From positions 30,102 through 94,101 of the forward strand of contig CACLYQ010000001.1 of the NCBI GenBank assembly GCA_902611175.1: a stretch of 64,000 nucleotides of DNA, written 5' to 3'. The position numbers and the translations under genes are program-made. The notes beneath the pieces are model-generated. The model had not been told where the DNA came from. It saw nothing but the letters and a program-made list of their open reading frames with translations, and did no database searches. Positions within the stretch are counted from its first letter, which is position 1. Each line of letters begins with the position of its first letter. Source of the DNA: an uncultured Pelagibacteraceae bacterium. Its GTDB lineage: Bacteria > Pseudomonadota > Alphaproteobacteria > Pelagibacterales > Pelagibacteraceae. Positions 1 to 10,473 of this stretch are shown here, piece by piece.

Positions 1-89
1 CAAAGTATGGAGTAATTATAGCGATATTAATTATTATTGGTGTAAATTTAATTTATTATAAAGATTTCTTTTTATCATTTTTTAAATAA
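1..89 (+). CDS. 3' end of an upstream membrane protein (partial)
   Basis: Frame from nt 3 reads KYGVIIAILIIIGVNLIYYKDFFLSFFK-stop (TAA 87-89); hydrophobic C-terminal helix; not in the ORF track. Confidence 0.55.
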   Translation, partial: KYGVIIAILIIIGVNLIYYKDFFLSFFK

Positions 90-106
90 TTGTGTTACGT
101 TACTAG

Positions 107-1432
107 ATGCCAAAAAATTTATTTAAAATTTCGAAACAAAAAAAAATTAAATATTTTTTGATAAGTTTTGTAGATTTATTTGGTGTCTTAAGATCAAAAT
201 TGGTTCCTGCTCATGCAATAAAAGATATGCAAGTAAATGGTGCTGGATTTGCTGGATTTGCAGCTTGGCTAGATATGACACCAGCTGATTCTGATATGTT
301 TGCAATACCTGATCCTGACAGTTTAATTCAACTACCATGGAATAAAGAAGTTGGTTGGTTGGCTTCGGATTTATGGATGAATGGTAAACCAGTCGATGCT
401 TCACCAAGAGTGATGTTAAAAAAACAAATAAAAAAATTATCTGAATTGGGATACATCATGAAGTCAGGTGTGGAGTGTGAGTATTTTTTGATTTCTCCTG
501 ATGGGAACGCTATTGCAGACAATAGAGATACGCAATCTAAACCTTGTTATGACCAGTCTTCATTAATGAGAAGGTATGAGCTTATAAAAGAAATATGTGA
601 TTGTATGATTGAAATGGGATGGGGTCCTTATCAAAATGACCACGAAGATGCTAATGGGCAATTTGAAATGAATTGGGATTATTCAGATTGTCTAAAAACT
701 GCTGATAGACACACTTTTTTTAAATTTATGGTTAAAACTATTGCAGAAAAGCATGATTTAAGAGCAACATTTATGCCAAAACCTTTTGAAAATTTGACTG
801 GTAACGGATGTCATGCACATATTTCTTTATGGAAAGGAAAGAAAAATATCTTTCTTGATAAACACGATAAACTTGGGCTAACCAAGATCGCTTATAATTT
901 TTTAGGAGGCATCATGAAACATGCTTCGTCCTTATCTACTTTTTTTAATCCAACAATTAACAGTTACAGACGAATAAATGCTGCACCAACAAAATCAGGT
1001 GCCACATGGTCTCCAAGCAGTATATCATATACAGGAAATAACCGTACACATATGATAAGGGTTCCTGATCCGGGAAGATTTGAATTAAGACTTATGGATG
1101 GATCCGCAAATCCTTATTTACTTCAAGCTAGTGTATTAGCTGCAGGAATAGAGGGATTAAGTAAAAGAATTAATCCTGGCAAACCTCTATTTTGTAATAT
1201 GTATGAGGATTATAAAAAATATCCAAACCTTTCTAAATTACCAAATGAACTAAAAGATTCTCTTGATAAAATTGAAAATAATAAAGAAATGAATAAAGCA
1301 TTTGGAAAAGAAGTAATTAAAAGTTACGTCAAGTTAAGGACTTCAGAATTAAAAGATTTTAATGATAACGAAAAATTTGATAAGTCCAAACCAATTACAA
1401 AATGGGAAAGACAGAATACTCTAGACTGTTAA
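107..1432 (+). CDS. gmaS: Type III glutamine synthetase-like / gamma-glutamylmethylamide synthetase (GlnT/GmaS)
   Basis: 441 aa; GAGFAGFAAWLDMTP, GVECEYF, DHEDANGQFE, FMPKPF, GNGCHAH, NNRTHMIR, FELR motifs of the GlnT/GmaS subfamily. Confidence 0.88.
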   Translation: MPKNLFKISKQKKIKYFLISFVDLFGVLRSKLVPAHAIKDMQVNGAGFAGFAAWLDMTPADSDMFAIPDPDSLIQLPWNKEVGWLASDLWMNGKPVDASPRVMLKKQIKKLSELGYIMKSGVECEYFLISPDGNAIADNRDTQSKPCYDQSSLMRRYELIKEICDCMIEMGWGPYQNDHEDANGQFEMNWDYSDCLKTADRHTFFKFMVKTIAEKHDLRATFMPKPFENLTGNGCHAHISLWKGKKNIFLDKHDKLGLTKIAYNFLGGIMKHASSLSTFFNPTINSYRRINAAPTKSGATWSPSSISYTGNNRTHMIRVPDPGRFELRLMDGSANPYLLQASVLAAGIEGLSKRINPGKPLFCNMYEDYKKYPNLSKLPNELKDSLDKIENNKEMNKAFGKEVIKSYVKLRTSELKDFNDNEKFDKSKPITKWERQNTLDC

Positions 1433-1433
1433 A

Positions 1434-2567
1434 GTGAAAAGCTTTGATAGTTATAGAAAATGGAAATATACAAAATTTTTATTGAATAAAAATTATAGTT
1501 TTAATCGAAACTATATTTTAAATATTATTTCGTCAAAAATAATCACTGATGCGTTTAATTCTATATCTAAGTGGAAAAACTATAAAAAAACACCATTATT
1601 AAAATTAGAGAAACTAAACAAAAATTTAAAACTTAATAATATTTTTTACAAAGATGAGTCGAAAAGATTTCATTTAAAATCATTTAAAGCTTTAGGTGGA
1701 GCATATGCCGTAGAAAAAATATCTAAAAAGAAAAAAAATATAATAATATCATCTGCAACAGCTGGAAATCATGGTAGATCAGTTGCTTGGGGTGCTCAAA
1801 GATTGGGTTTACAATGTAAAATTTTTGTTAGTCAATATGTAAGTGAAGAGAGAGTAAAAGAAATTGAAAAATTAGGAGCCGATGTAATTCAAGTAAAAGG
1901 TGATTACGAAAATTCATTAAACGAGTGTAAAAAATTATCAAAAAAAAATAATTGGAATATTGTTCAAGATGTATCTACTAAGAATTATAGTTATATTCCT
2001 TTGTTAACTATGGCTGGTTATTCAATTATGATTAAAGAAATTTCAAAACAAACTACGCATTATATTACACATATATTCCTTCAAGCTGGCGTCGGTGGCA
2101 TGGCAGCAGGTGTAGTTGCAGGAGTTGCAAAATATTTCAAGAGAATTCCTAAAATAATAATAGTTGAACCTGATGGAGCTGATTGTGTACTTCAAAGTAT
2201 AAAAAGCAAAAGATTAAAAAAAATTAAAATAAAAAAAGAAAGTATAATGGGTGGTATGTCATGCAATGAAATGTCTCTCATACCATGGCATGTATTAAAA
2301 AAGGCTAGTGATTGTTGTATAACTGTAAATGACTCAAAAGTTTCTAAAACTGTTGCAATGCTAAAAGACAAGAAACTGAGTAAAAGATCAATAATAGGTG
2401 GTGAATGTGCTACACCAGGAATTATCAGTCTTATTAGTCTCTGTAATAATCCTAAAACAAAGAAATTAATAAATCTTAACGAAAAATCTAATGTTTTAGT
2501 TATTGGATGCGAAGGTAATGCAGATGTAAAACTTTACAAACAATTGCTATCTAAAGGCAGAAAGTAA
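1434..2567 (+). CDS. dpaL: Diaminopropionate ammonia-lyase (PLP fold type II)
   Basis: KDESKRFHLKSFKALGGAYA PLP-lysine motif, ATAGNHGRSVAWGA, FLQAGVGG; GTG start 1 nt after the gmaS stop. Confidence 0.82.
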   Translation: MKSFDSYRKWKYTKFLLNKNYSFNRNYILNIISSKIITDAFNSISKWKNYKKTPLLKLEKLNKNLKLNNIFYKDESKRFHLKSFKALGGAYAVEKISKKKKNIIISSATAGNHGRSVAWGAQRLGLQCKIFVSQYVSEERVKEIEKLGADVIQVKGDYENSLNECKKLSKKNNWNIVQDVSTKNYSYIPLLTMAGYSIMIKEISKQTTHYITHIFLQAGVGGMAAGVVAGVAKYFKRIPKIIIVEPDGADCVLQSIKSKRLKKIKIKKESIMGGMSCNEMSLIPWHVLKKASDCCITVNDSKVSKTVAMLKDKKLSKRSIIGGECATPGIISLISLCNNPKTKKLINLNEKSNVLVIGCEGNADVKLYKQLLSKGRK

Positions 2568-2572
2568 ATTAT

Positions 2573-3991
2573 ATGTCAAAAAAAGCAGTTGTTTGGATAA
2601 GAGACGATTTTAGAATAAAAAATAATTCTGCATTATCTTATGCAACAAATAATTACGATACTGTCTCAGCATTATATATTTATAACAAGAAAAATTTTGA
2701 TGATGTAAGAGAAGCTCAAAAATGGTGGGTAAGTAAATCTTTAATTAATTTTAAAGATGAATTAATTAAATACAATATTGAATTAGAATTAGTATTTTCT
2801 GATGAGATAACTTTTTTTAGTAAAATCAAAGATAAACAAGAAATTTTTATATTTTGGAATAAAATATATGAGCCATCACAATTAAAGTTAGATAATGATC
2901 TCATTAAAATTTTTGAAAAAAACAAAATACTCTCAAAATGCTTTAAGGGAAATGTTCTTAATGAATATAATAATGTTACAAAAGATGATGGAAGCCCTTA
3001 TAAAGTTTATAGTCCATTTTGGAGAGTTGGAGAGCAAATTTACTTAGATAGTATACCAAATAAATCATTAAACGTAAAAAAAGTTAAGAGCAAAATAAAA
3101 TTATTTAAAAATAATAATGTTCCAGATCAAATTTTACCAAAGAAAAATTGGTATAAAAAATTTGAAAAATATTGGGACCCAACAGAAAAACAATCCGAAA
3201 AATATTTAAATGATTTTGTCGAAAGTAGAATGTTGAAATATGGAGTTGATAGAGATTATCCAGCTATAAATGGTTCGTCAAAACTTTCACCATTTATAAG
3301 AAATGGACAAATACACGTAAGTAATATTTGGGACAAATGTTATAAATATAAATCAAAAAATGTTAGTGTTAAAAAATATCTTAATGAATTAGGATGGAGA
3401 GAATTTTCTCATAGTTTGATTAATTACTTCCCTCAAATGCTAAAAGGTAATTTAAGAAAAGAATTTGATAAATTTCCATGGGATAAAAATGCGAAAAATT
3501 TGAAAGCTTGGAAAAATGGTATGACTGGATACCCAATTGTTGATGCCGGGATGAGACAACTTTATGAAACAGGTTGGATGCATAATAGAATTAGAATGGT
3601 AGTTGGTTCTTTTCTTGTAAAACATTTAAGAATTAATTGGAAAGAGGGTGAAAAACATTTTAGAAATTGTTTGCTAGATTTTAATGAAGCAAACAATGTT
3701 GCACAATGGCAATGGGTTGCTGGTTGTGGTGCAGATGCAGCCCCTTATTTTAGAATTTTTAATCCTATATTGCAGGGTGAAAAATTTGATAAACAAGGTC
3801 TGTATGTAAAAAAATGGGTACCTGAATTAGAGAGAGTTCCAAGTAAATTTATTCATAAACCATGGGAAATGGAAATTAAATATCAAGAAGCTATAAAAAC
3901 TAAAATTGGTTCTGATTACCCTTCTCCAATAGTTGTACATGAAGAAGCTAGAAATGCAGCTCTCAAAGCATTTCAAACTTTAAAAAATTAA
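2573..3991 (+). CDS. phrB: Deoxyribodipyrimidine photolyase (class I CPD type)
   Basis: VWIRDDFRIKNN, SKLSPFI, ELGWREF, TGYPIVDAGMRQL, WMHNRIRM, QWQWVAG, DAAPYFRIFNP. Confidence 0.93.
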   Translation: MSKKAVVWIRDDFRIKNNSALSYATNNYDTVSALYIYNKKNFDDVREAQKWWVSKSLINFKDELIKYNIELELVFSDEITFFSKIKDKQEIFIFWNKIYEPSQLKLDNDLIKIFEKNKILSKCFKGNVLNEYNNVTKDDGSPYKVYSPFWRVGEQIYLDSIPNKSLNVKKVKSKIKLFKNNNVPDQILPKKNWYKKFEKYWDPTEKQSEKYLNDFVESRMLKYGVDRDYPAINGSSKLSPFIRNGQIHVSNIWDKCYKYKSKNVSVKKYLNELGWREFSHSLINYFPQMLKGNLRKEFDKFPWDKNAKNLKAWKNGMTGYPIVDAGMRQLYETGWMHNRIRMVVGSFLVKHLRINWKEGEKHFRNCLLDFNEANNVAQWQWVAGCGADAAPYFRIFNPILQGEKFDKQGLYVKKWVPELERVPSKFIHKPWEMEIKYQEAIKTKIGSDYPSPIVVHEEARNAALKAFQTLKN

Positions 3992-4411
3992 TTAATCTCC
4001 AATAAAATGGTGAATAATCAGCCTTTTTGTAGAAGCTAACCTATGTTCAAAAAGGTAAATTCCTTGCCAAGTTCCTAACAAAAGTTGTTTGTTTTTTATA
4101 CTGAGGGATATTTGATTGTTAGTTAAAGCTGACTTTATATGTGCTGGCATATCGTCCTTACCTTCTATTGTATGAATATATAATTTATTATCCATTGGAG
4201 CAATTTTATCAAAATAATTAATTAAATCTGATTGAACATCAGGATCAGCATTTTCTTGAACAATTAAAGATGCGCTAGTGTGCTGTATACTTAAATTTAA
4301 GATACCATTATTAAAATTGTTTTTATTTATCCAGTCTATCGTTTGATCGGTAAATTCATATAATTTTTGACCATTTGTTTTAAGTTCAAGATTAAAAAAT
4401 TCTTGTCTCAT
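3992..4411 (-). CDS. yjbQ: YjbQ / UPF0047 family protein
   Basis: QHTSASLIVQENADPDV, EGKDDMPAHIK, LGTWQGIYLFEHR. Confidence 0.92.
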   Translation of the reverse strand: MRQEFFNLELKTNGQKLYEFTDQTIDWINKNNFNNGILNLSIQHTSASLIVQENADPDVQSDLINYFDKIAPMDNKLYIHTIEGKDDMPAHIKSALTNNQISLSIKNKQLLLGTWQGIYLFEHRLASTKRLIIHHFIGD

Positions 4412-5463
4412 AAATGCTTTTTAGATGTTAGTTCATATAATCGGCTAATGGTACGCTTAAATGGTTTTTCCAGTAATCTTGATGATGTAAGTTTATCAAT
4501 ATTTTGTTCTGCACTAATAGCCATAGGTATATTTTGATCATACACGATATCTAAAAAAGTAATAAATCTTTGCTGTTGATTTGAATTTAAATCATTAAAT
4601 GCTGGTACATTTTCCACAACTATAAAAAGACAATTATTTACTATTTTAATATAATCTTCTGATCCTAAATTTTTATCACATACTTCTTTAAAAGTTAATC
4701 GAACAATTCCATCATAAAAATTTTTTAAAATAAATTTTCTTCCTTTGATGTTTAAAATCTTTTCTTTTAACACCTTATCTTTAGTCATCACTCTAAATAA
4801 TTTGTTTATTTTAAAATTGTTTTCTTGATTTAAAGGTGAGTAATATCTTTGAGTTTTATTGCCTTCAGACTTTCTATAATCATCATCTATATTTAATTGA
4901 TATTCAAATGATTGCTTTTGCATTATTTTTATAAAAGGTTTGAATTGATCTCTTTGCAACCCATCTTTATACAAATTTTCAATTTTTATATTAGACGTTA
5001 CAATAATTTTTAAATCTTCTTTAAATATTTCATCAAATAATTTTCCAAGTATCATTGCATCTACTATATTTGTAACTTGAAACTCGTCAAAATATATTAA
5101 TTTTCCTTTCGATTTTAATTTTTTAACAAATTTACTTAATTTATTTTCATCATTTTTATCTTTAGATTGGTGTACAAAATCGTGAAAGCTAAGCATAAAC
5201 TCATTGAAGTGAAGTTTTAATTTTTTACCTTCAACTAAGTTGAAAAAAAAATCTAATATCATGGTTTTACCGACACCAACATCTCCGTAAAGATAAAAGG
5301 CTTTTTTATAATTTTTTTTTGATAAAATTTTCGAGATAAATGATTTGTAGTTTAATTTATAATATTCTTCTAATGTTTTTATGAGTTTTATCTGATGCGA
5401 ATTAACATCTAAATTTTTTTTTTTGCAGTAAAGTTTAAACTCTTTAACAAAACTTTTTTGCAT
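4408..5463 (-). CDS. zapE: ZapE/AFG1-family ATPase
   Basis: Walker A GDVGVGKT, HFNEFM, Walker B FDEFQVTNIVDAMIL, TSN, LYKDGLQR, RTISRLYE. Confidence 0.9.
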   Translation of the reverse strand: MQKSFVKEFKLYCKKKNLDVNSHQIKLIKTLEEYYKLNYKSFISKILSKKNYKKAFYLYGDVGVGKTMILDFFFNLVEGKKLKLHFNEFMLSFHDFVHQSKDKNDENKLSKFVKKLKSKGKLIYFDEFQVTNIVDAMILGKLFDEIFKEDLKIIVTSNIKIENLYKDGLQRDQFKPFIKIMQKQSFEYQLNIDDDYRKSEGNKTQRYYSPLNQENNFKINKLFRVMTKDKVLKEKILNIKGRKFILKNFYDGIVRLTFKEVCDKNLGSEDYIKIVNNCLFIVVENVPAFNDLNSNQQQRFITFLDIVYDQNIPMAISAEQNIDKLTSSRLLEKPFKRTISRLYELTSKKHL

Positions 5464-5894
5464 TAATTCTTTTTTGAATTAAAATCGATACCGTATTCTG
5501 ATCTTGGTCCTTTTCTTAATCCAAAAGGTCCAGAGATAAAAATTGTCATTGGCCTTGTTTCTGGCTCAAGATCTACCCTATGATATGCATTGGCTGATCT
5601 AAATCCAATATATCCAGGTTTTCTCCAGAACTTGCCTTTTTTAGTAGTTTCCCAATAACCGCCTCTCAAAATTATTGTAATATAAGGAAATAGATGATTA
5701 TGAACTCCATCCCCATGATCATCATCCAACATTTCATGAATTAATATATTAAATGGGAACCATTTTGGTCTATTTCTAAATAATAAGTAATATCTATTCA
5801 TCCAAGGTTTAGCTTCATTAAATTTTGGATGAGATGGTCCTCTATCTAAAACTACTTTTTTTCTTCCTATTTTTTCTAAAAATTTTAATAACAT
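5463..5894 (-). CDS. Small cupin-like hypothetical protein
   Basis: ATG at 5894 overlaps the upstream TGA (the track starts one codon earlier at TTG); HNH...GGYWE...YHRV cupin-type metal-ligand pattern; TAATG coupling to zapE. Confidence 0.7.
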   Translation of the reverse strand: MLLKFLEKIGRKKVVLDRGPSHPKFNEAKPWMNRYYLLFRNRPKWFPFNILIHEMLDDDHGDGVHNHLFPYITIILRGGYWETTKKGKFWRKPGYIGFRSANAYHRVDLEPETRPMTIFISGPFGLRKGPRSEYGIDFNSKKN

Positions 5895-7165
5895 CAATTT
5901 AACCTAATAATCCCGTTGTTTTTTAAAACATACATATTATCACCAAATATTAAAGGTTTGGAAATAGTTGAATTTTTTAAACTTATTTTACTTTCTTCTA
6001 AAGAATTGTTTATATTTAATTTTACCAAATCGCCGTTATTAAGAGATAAATATAATTTATTATTAGCAACTATGAAATCGGTTGGCTTAATTTTTTTTCT
6101 TTTTTTATAATTTTTGAATAAATTTGTAATTCTAAGAATATTGCCTGAATTTTTTTCTAAAATGAATAAATATCCTTCATTAGAAATCGTGTAAATGTAT
6201 TTGGCATCAATTGTTGGTGTTTGGCTTGAATTAATCTTTTTTTTCCATTTAACAATACCAGTTTTTTTATCTATTGAAAAAAATGTATTTTTATTATTTG
6301 AAAAATAAATATTATTATCATTAAGAACTAAATCAGAGTTTTCCAAACTAAAAGCACTTAAAATTATATCATCACTCTGAGTTGGTGTTTGCCAAACTAA
6401 GCTACCATCATTAATATTTAAAGCTGTTAAATCACCAAAAGTATTTAAGGCATATATAACACTTTCATCAACAACAATTGATAAGTTTTTTTTTGATTTA
6501 ACAAAAGAATTATTAGTTCTAAAGTTCCAAAGTTCTTCACCATTTAATATTGAATAACATCTAATAATATTCTCTAAATCAATTACTATAAATCTATCTT
6601 TGAGTGAAACAATATTGGAGTTAAATGGTGAATTATTTTCCTTTTTCCATAGCATTTTACCATTATTTGAGTCAAATGCATAAATATTAGATAATGTATC
6701 TGCTACAATTATTTTACTCTTGTAATTTGAAAAAAATAAGTTTGGATTTAGTTTTTTTTCTTTTTTGTTGTAATGATTGACTTTAAAAATTTCTTTAAAA
6801 TTATTATCTAATTTGAATATTGTGCCATTACCTTGATAAAAGACTAAATTATTGTTTTTTAAGAGAATTATATTTTGTGATTTGGAAATAAAGTTTTTTA
6901 TCTTCGAAAATTTATATATTTTTTTATTTTTTAGACTTGGTTCAAAATTTAAATTACCGGTATTATTAGTATTGGTATTAATTTGAAATCTATTACTAAA
7001 TATATTAGTTCTCTTTATTTTTAAATTTGGATTTAATTCAGTAGTAATAGGTATGTCTTGTTCAAAAAGAATTTTTGAATTCAAAGATTTTTCAATATTA
7101 TCATTTTTTTGAGAACAGCTAATTAATAATATAAGAATAAAAAATTTTGGAATACTTTTAATCAC
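5894..7165 (-). CDS. PQQ-like beta-propeller lipoprotein (BamB-like)
   Basis: Lipobox-like LLISC; repeated A(F/L)DxxxGxxxW blades (NGKMLW, NGEELW, DGSLVW, TGIVKW); follows a YfgM-like gene. Confidence 0.75.
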   Translation of the reverse strand: MIKSIPKFFILILLISCSQKNDNIEKSLNSKILFEQDIPITTELNPNLKIKRTNIFSNRFQINTNTNNTGNLNFEPSLKNKKIYKFSKIKNFISKSQNIILLKNNNLVFYQGNGTIFKLDNNFKEIFKVNHYNKKEKKLNPNLFFSNYKSKIIVADTLSNIYAFDSNNGKMLWKKENNSPFNSNIVSLKDRFIVIDLENIIRCYSILNGEELWNFRTNNSFVKSKKNLSIVVDESVIYALNTFGDLTALNINDGSLVWQTPTQSDDIILSAFSLENSDLVLNDNNIYFSNNKNTFFSIDKKTGIVKWKKKINSSQTPTIDAKYIYTISNEGYLFILEKNSGNILRITNLFKNYKKRKKIKPTDFIVANNKLYLSLNNGDLVKLNINNSLEESKISLKNSTISKPLIFGDNMYVLKNNGIIRLN

Positions 7166-7802
7166 TGAAACTTGAACGCAATTTTTTTTGGGCGTTTGCT
7201 TTAATTTTTGGATTATTTATTGATGTTTCAACAGTTTTTTCAAAAAATTGCTTTGCTTTATTTTTTTGATTATTAAATAAATAATATTCACCCATTAAAT
7301 ACAAAGCATGAGATTTCCATATACTATCGTTTTTAATAATTGGATTTAATATAGTTAATAAACCATTTTCCTCAATAAAATCTGAGTTATAAATTCCTTT
7401 TTTTAAAATTGATAACTCTTTAAAGTTTTTTTCAAGATTTAGGTCTTCTATAATAATATCAAAATAATTATTTATCTCAGATTTTGAGGTAATAATATCA
7501 TTATCAAGTAAAAAGTAAAAAGCTAATGGCGAATAAGTCTTATCTCTTAACCCAATAATTTCTTTTAAATCTTTGGCGACATTATAACTATTATCTTTCT
7601 CATATTTAATTAATGCTAAATTATATTTGTTACTTATTTGTTTAATCTTAGAAGTTTCAAACTCTTCATATATAAAATAAGATACAATTAAGATTATGAT
7701 TGTTACAAAGATAGCTATTATACTTTTTTTGGACTCAATAAAAAAATTTTTAATTTTTTCGTTTCGTGTTTGAGAATTTATTATATCAATATCTTGATCC
7801 AT
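7158..7802 (-). CDS. YfgM-like single-TM TPR protein
   Basis: N-terminal 'EKIKNFF' + TM helix, C-terminal TPR-like ALYLMGEYY..KAKQFF; position upstream of the BamB-like gene. Confidence 0.65.
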   Translation of the reverse strand: MDQDIDIINSQTRNEKIKNFFIESKKSIIAIFVTIIILIVSYFIYEEFETSKIKQISNKYNLALIKYEKDNSYNVAKDLKEIIGLRDKTYSPLAFYFLLDNDIITSKSEINNYFDIIIEDLNLEKNFKELSILKKGIYNSDFIEENGLLTILNPIIKNDSIWKSHALYLMGEYYLFNNQKNKAKQFFEKTVETSINNPKIKANAQKKLRSSFSD

Positions 7803-10471
7803 TAGATCATGTTCCTAAGTACGTATTGTAAGATTCCACCGTTTTTATAATACTCTAGTTCGTTTTTGGTATCTATTCTACTTAACATTTTAATTTTTTT
7901 TATGTCTCCAGAGTCATATTTAATTTCAACTTCAACTTCATCTCTAGGATCTATACCTTTTTCTAAGTCAATAACAGAAAATAGTTCTGAACCATCTAGT
8001 TTTAAATTTGTTCTATTTATTCCATCTTTGAACTGCAATGGAAGTATACCCATTCCTATTAGATTTGATCTATGAATTCTCTCAAAACTTTCTGCAAAAA
8101 CAGCCTTTATACCTAAAAGTTTAGTTCCTTTAGCCGCCCAATCTCTTGAAGAACCTGTTCCATACTCTTTACCACCAATTACAACTAAATCGGTACCTCT
8201 TTTTTTATATTCAACTACCGCATCATAAACTGGCATTACTTTTTCCTCAGGGTACAACTTTGTAAAACCACCTTCAGTACTAGGTGCCATTTCATTTCTA
8301 ATTCTTATATTAGCAAAAGTTCCTCTCATCATAACTTCATGATTTCCTCTTCTAGCTCCATAGGAATTATAATCTTTAGGAAGTATTTGATGTTTCATAA
8401 AATACTCTCCAGTTGGACTATCTTTTTGAATTGATCCAGCGGGTGAAATATGATCAGTGGTAATGCTATCACCCAATATTAATAGTGGTCTTGCGTCCTT
8501 AATTTCTTTAAATCCTTCCGGTTTATCAGGAAGATTATCAAAAAATGGAGGTTTTTTTACATATGTTGAATTATCTTCCCAATTATAAATATTGGTTTCA
8601 TCTGTTTTAATTTTTTGCCATTGTTCTGGTCCTTGTGAAACATTTGAGTATCTTTTTATAAACATTTCTGCATTTAATGAATTTCTCAATGTTTCTTCTA
8701 TTTCTTTGTTAGATGGCCATATATCTTTTAAAAAAACTTCTTTACCATCTTTATCTTTACCTAATGGATTCTTATACAAATCAAATCTCATAGTTCCTGC
8801 TATTGCATAAGCAACAACTAATGGCGGAGAAGCTAAATAGTTTGCCTTTATTAAAGGTGAAATTCTTCCCTCAAAGTTTCTGTTTCCAGATAAAACTGAG
8901 ACTGCATAAATATTATTTTTTAATATGGAGTCTGATATATTATCAGCTAATGGACCTGAATTACCAATACAAGTAGTACATCCATAACCAACTAAATTAA
9001 AACCTAACTTATCTAAGTAAATATTTAGTCCTGCTTTTTCTAGATAATCTGTAACTACTTGAGATCCAGGTGCTAAAGATGTTTTTACCCAGGGCTTAGT
9101 CATTAAACCTTTTTCAATTGCATTTTTTGCTAGCAAACCTGCTCCAATGAGTACACTTGGATTAGAAGTATTGGTACAAGAAGTGATTGCAGCAATTAAT
9201 ACATCTCCATCGGTTATTTTAAAATCTTCTTTTTCAACATTATAAATATTTGGTTCTTCTTTTTTTGTAATTTCAGAAAATATTTTTTTAAAATTTGATG
9301 ATGCGTTAGTAAGCAAAACTTTATCCTGAGGACGTTTTGGACCTGAAATAGTTGGTACTACAGTTGACATATCTAAAGATAGAGTATCTGTAAATTCAAC
9401 ATCTAAATTTGCCCAAAGTCCTTGTTCTTGAGCATACTTTTTTACAATATCAATATTTTGTTCATCTCTTCCTGAGAATTTTAAATATTTTAAAGTTTCA
9501 TCATCAATTGGGAAAAAACCACAAGTTGCACCATACTCAGGTGCCATATTTGCTATAGTAGCTCTATCTGCTAAAGTCAGATTTTTTAATCCTTCACCAT
9601 AGAATTCAACAAACTTTCCAACAACTCCTTTGTCTCTCAACATTTTAACTACAGTTAAAACAAGATCAGTTGCTGTTGTACCTTCTGGCATTTTTGATTT
9701 CATTTCAAACCCTATAACTTCGGGTATTAACATCGAAATAGGTTGACCTAACATTCCAGCTTCAGCTTCAATTCCACCTACACCCCAGCCCAAAACTGAT
9801 AGACCGTTTACCATAGTTGTATGACTATCTGTTCCTACTAAAGTATCTGGAAATATATATTCTTCACCTTTATATTTTTCATTCCAAACAACTTTTGAAA
9901 GGTATTCCAGATTGACTTGATGACATATTCCAGTTCCCGGTGGAACTATTCTAAAATTATTGAATGCTTGTTGCCCCCATTTAAGAAAAGAATATCTTTC
10001 AGCATTCCGATTAAATTCAATATCAACATTTTCTTTTAATGAATTTTTATTTGCAAATTTATCTACTTGTACAGAGTGATCAATTACCAAATCAACTGAT
10101 GATAATGGATTGATAGTGCTTGGATCTTTATTTTTTTCTTTTACAGCCTCTCTCATTGCAGCTAAATCTGCAACCGCAGGAATTCCAGTATAATCTTGAA
10201 GTAAAACTCTCGCAGGCCTATATGCAATTTCTGTATTAGAACTTTTAGATTTTAACCAATCTTTAACAGCTTCAATTTGATTTTTATTAACCGTTATATC
10301 GTCCTCAAATCTTAGTAAATTTTCAAGTAAGACCTTCAATGATTTTGGAAGCTTTGATATACCTGCTAAACCATTTTTCTCAGCCTCTTTCAGTGAGTAA
10401 AAATTATAACTTTTGCTGTTAACTGAAATTTTAGTTAACGAATTGAACGAGTTTTTGTCTCCTGGTTTCAT
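7802..10471 (-). CDS. acnA: Aconitate hydratase A
   Basis: QDYTGIPA, DHSVQVD, GICHQVNLE, GTDSHT, ITSCTNTSN, GCTTCIGN, TTDHISP, GSSRDWAAK; ATG at 10471 (MKPGDK) preferred over the track start that overlaps the LysE gene. Confidence 0.96.
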   Translation of the reverse strand: MKPGDKNSFNSLTKISVNSKSYNFYSLKEAEKNGLAGISKLPKSLKVLLENLLRFEDDITVNKNQIEAVKDWLKSKSSNTEIAYRPARVLLQDYTGIPAVADLAAMREAVKEKNKDPSTINPLSSVDLVIDHSVQVDKFANKNSLKENVDIEFNRNAERYSFLKWGQQAFNNFRIVPPGTGICHQVNLEYLSKVVWNEKYKGEEYIFPDTLVGTDSHTTMVNGLSVLGWGVGGIEAEAGMLGQPISMLIPEVIGFEMKSKMPEGTTATDLVLTVVKMLRDKGVVGKFVEFYGEGLKNLTLADRATIANMAPEYGATCGFFPIDDETLKYLKFSGRDEQNIDIVKKYAQEQGLWANLDVEFTDTLSLDMSTVVPTISGPKRPQDKVLLTNASSNFKKIFSEITKKEEPNIYNVEKEDFKITDGDVLIAAITSCTNTSNPSVLIGAGLLAKNAIEKGLMTKPWVKTSLAPGSQVVTDYLEKAGLNIYLDKLGFNLVGYGCTTCIGNSGPLADNISDSILKNNIYAVSVLSGNRNFEGRISPLIKANYLASPPLVVAYAIAGTMRFDLYKNPLGKDKDGKEVFLKDIWPSNKEIEETLRNSLNAEMFIKRYSNVSQGPEQWQKIKTDETNIYNWEDNSTYVKKPPFFDNLPDKPEGFKEIKDARPLLILGDSITTDHISPAGSIQKDSPTGEYFMKHQILPKDYNSYGARRGNHEVMMRGTFANIRIRNEMAPSTEGGFTKLYPEEKVMPVYDAVVEYKKRGTDLVVIGGKEYGTGSSRDWAAKGTKLLGIKAVFAESFERIHRSNLIGMGILPLQFKDGINRTNLKLDGSELFSVIDLEKGIDPRDEVEVEIKYDSGDIKKIKMLSRIDTKNELEYYKNGGILQYVLRNMI

Positions 10472-10473
10472 AT

